Part shown: positions 61,539-64,000 of the stretch, one piece after another
Layout of the letters: every line of letters begins with the position of its first letter
How positions within the stretch are numbered: the first letter of the stretch is position 1
Source: Amoebidium appalachense
Taxonomy: Eukaryota > Protista > Ichthyosporea
NCBI GenBank assembly: GCA_963693365.1
Contig: CAVNZM010000006.1
Span: 8,869,355-8,933,354 of the forward strand
DNA length: 64,000 bases
Reading direction: 5' to 3'
Notes under the pieces: model-generated
What the model was told of the DNA's origin: nothing
Database searches by the model: none
What the model saw: the letters and a program-made list of their open reading frames with translations, nothing else
Made by a program: the position numbers and the translations under genes

Positions 61539-61974
61539 TCATGGCTGCTTCACTCCTTTCTGTGTGGCCTTTGAGGGCGGTGTCTTAGTCGTGGGGACGG
61601 TGGCCTTCTTCTGAGCAGTTTTTGGGTTCTTTTGCGTATTTGGTTGAGTGACTGGGGGTGTTGGTGTTGTCGTGGGCAGGCCCAGCCGATGATTGCTGAA
61701 ACTCAGCCGGCATACATCTCGCAGGTGGTTGAAGTAGAGAGTCACTGCGGCGGGGGGGGGGGGGGGGGGGGGGGGGAGGGGGGGGGGAGTTATGCATATT
61801 AGAAGTTGGGTAGATCAAAGCATGAAGCACACATTTGTGTTTTGGAGTATGATAAATGATAATCGAGATGTTGGTAATTGATGCATATCAAATGGTTGGT
61901 AGGACAAAGTATCGCGCACACACGTGTTGGATTTTTGGATACACTAAATTAGTCACAATGTCGGTAATCAGAGC

Positions 61975-62058
<84 letters not shown>

Positions 62059-63031
62059 CCCGCACGCGCGTGTAGGTTTTTTTTTTTTTTTTTTTTCTTG
62101 GGCGGGTGGGGCGGGGGGGGGGGGGGGGGGGGGGGGACGGGGAAAGAGAGGGGGCGGGGGGGGGGATAACTTTAGTCCACCAACTGCCACTTCATATATA
62201 TACTATTCAGTACCAAGCAAATAATGTGCACAAGGAACACCCCCCCCCCCTCCCCCCCCCCCCCCCCCCCCCCCTCGTCCCCCCCTCCCCCTGCTCGCCA
62301 CCAAAAAAAGAGTATCACCAGAGGAACAAAAAAACACCAAACGGTAAAGCGCACAAAAAACGGGCAACACGGACGCATGGGTCGGGACTGTGCACCTACA
62401 CCGTCCCATCTCATGCACACAGCACCATTCATCCACCAATACATCCATTCATGCACACAGTACATGCATGCAAACAGTACCTTGACTCCAGGTATTTGTC
62501 AACCAGTCAATCTTGTCCGTCTCCGGGTCATAGCCGGCCTTTTCTGCATGTGTCAGCACAAGACGTGCAATCTCTCCGGGTGTATTGCATTGTTTTAAGT
62601 CTTCCTGTCGGGTAAAGGACATAGAGGTGAGTGATGATACAAAGTAAAGAGGCCACGGAAAGAGTCTGAGAACAGGACACGACCAAACACGAGAAGGGGG
62701 AGAAAGAAGCAAGCAAAGCAAACAAAACTGTGCCACCATTCGCAACCAAAACCTTTCCTTCACATTATTTTTCTCTCATCCTCCCAAACCCTGCCAACAC
62801 GAAAAGAGAGAGTGACAGAGAGAGACAGAGATGGGCGGGAGAGGGAGAGAGAGAGAGGGGGGGGGGGGGGGGGGGGGGGGGGAAGGGAGGGAGGGGGGAG
62901 GAAGCGAGGAAGGGAGGGAGCGAGGGAGAAACGGATGAAGGGAGGAAGGGAAGGACGGATGGAGAGAGAGAAAAAGACAGAGGGAGGGAGAGAGAAGAGG
63001 GGGACACTATCCCCCCCCGCCCCCCCTCCCT

Positions 63032-63076
<45 letters not shown>

Positions 63077-63170
63077 GGGGGGGGGAGAGAGAGAGAGAGA
63101 GATATATATATATAGAGATAGAGAGAGAGAGGAGAGAGAGAGAGACAGAGAGAGAGAGAGAGACAGTGAG

Positions 63171-63211
<41 letters not shown>

Positions 63212-63316
63212 GGGGGAGAGAGAGAGAGAGAGAGAGCGATGTGTGTGTGTGTGTGTGCGTGTACGCGCGCGAGTGTTTGCGTGTCTGCCTGCAGGCGTAT
63301 GTGGTGCATGAGAGGT

Positions 63317-63347
<31 letters not shown>

Positions 63348-63503
63348 CTACCCTACCATTGTACGTACCAAACACCAATTCTCCCTCAGAAAACCACCAC
63401 ATTCTAGATCTACACAGTCATTACAACAGCACCACACACCGAAACAAGCATGCAAGAACAACAAACTGCACAAGCAAACATCACAGCTGGGAACACCCCA
63501 AAA

Positions 63504-63535
<32 letters not shown>

Positions 63536-63617
63536 GGGGGGGGAGAAGGGTGGAGAGGGGAGATGGAGAGGGATAGGGGGGGAGGGGAGGACGGGAGGGA
63601 GAGAGGGGAGGTTGGTG

Positions 63618-63670
<53 letters not shown>

Positions 63671-64000
63671 AAACCTCGAATGTTTCCAGGTCCTCTTTGT
63701 CCTTTGGAAATGCACTCCTAAAGAACTCGACTGCAGCCAGCCTGGCGATGTTTTTGATGTTGGTTGGGTTGGATGATGCCTTCCGCTTGCCCGATGGCCG
63801 ATACTCGCTGCGGAAGATCCACTCCATCTCGGCCTCCAGTCTTCTTTTCAACACACACTCTCTTTTGCCGTTTTCCGGCAGCTGGCCAAGTAACTCTTCT
63901 GCCTGATCACGTGCGTTACAGTGCCGCCACATGGGTGGGTCGTCGGTTTGGTGGTTGGCTGAGGACGGTCGACTTTCGGCAATAAACAGGCCGCTGTCGC
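61539..64000 (-). CDS. 3' end of a tandem paralog of the DDT/WHIM gene (5' part beyond the window); possibly a pseudogene or C-terminally truncated
   Basis: Exons >64000-63675 (WHIM3: AEELLGQLPENGKRECVLKRRLEAE), 62604-62481 (AGYDPETDKIDWLTNTWSQ vs KGYDPADEETAFLTNTFNQ; both exons 124 nt with the same phases) and 61744-61539 (VTLYFNHL vs VTFYMAYL). Confidence 0.75.

Overview
Intron-rich eukaryotic genomic DNA whose introns are full of poly-C/G, (CA)n and (CT)n tracts, so most ORFs in the supplied track are microsatellite artefacts. The animal-like CPSF30 and UHRF1-type Tudor sequences suggest an opisthokont, possibly a unicellular holozoan (inference). Manual GT-AG, phase-consistent exon reconstruction gives, in order: the 3' part of an SLX1-like nuclease gene with a MITE in its intron; an intronless GT14 glycosyltransferase; a 5-exon secreted precursor built of duplicated exons with RR dibasic sites; a Cid1/TUT4-7-type terminal uridylyltransferase with four CCHC knuckles and a tRNA-Arg(ACG) array (5 intact, 1 truncated) inside one intron; a frameshifted DTW-domain gene; CPSF30; a 17-exon chromatin protein fusing a UHRF1-type tandem Tudor domain, a CDCA7-type zf-4CXXC_R1 finger and DDT/WHIM domains; and the 3' end of its tandem paralog with two in-frame stops in the tail. 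The two most notable observations are the TTD-CDCA7-DDT fusion and the repeat pro-peptide precursor. All family assignments come from motif recognition by eye; no database search was run.
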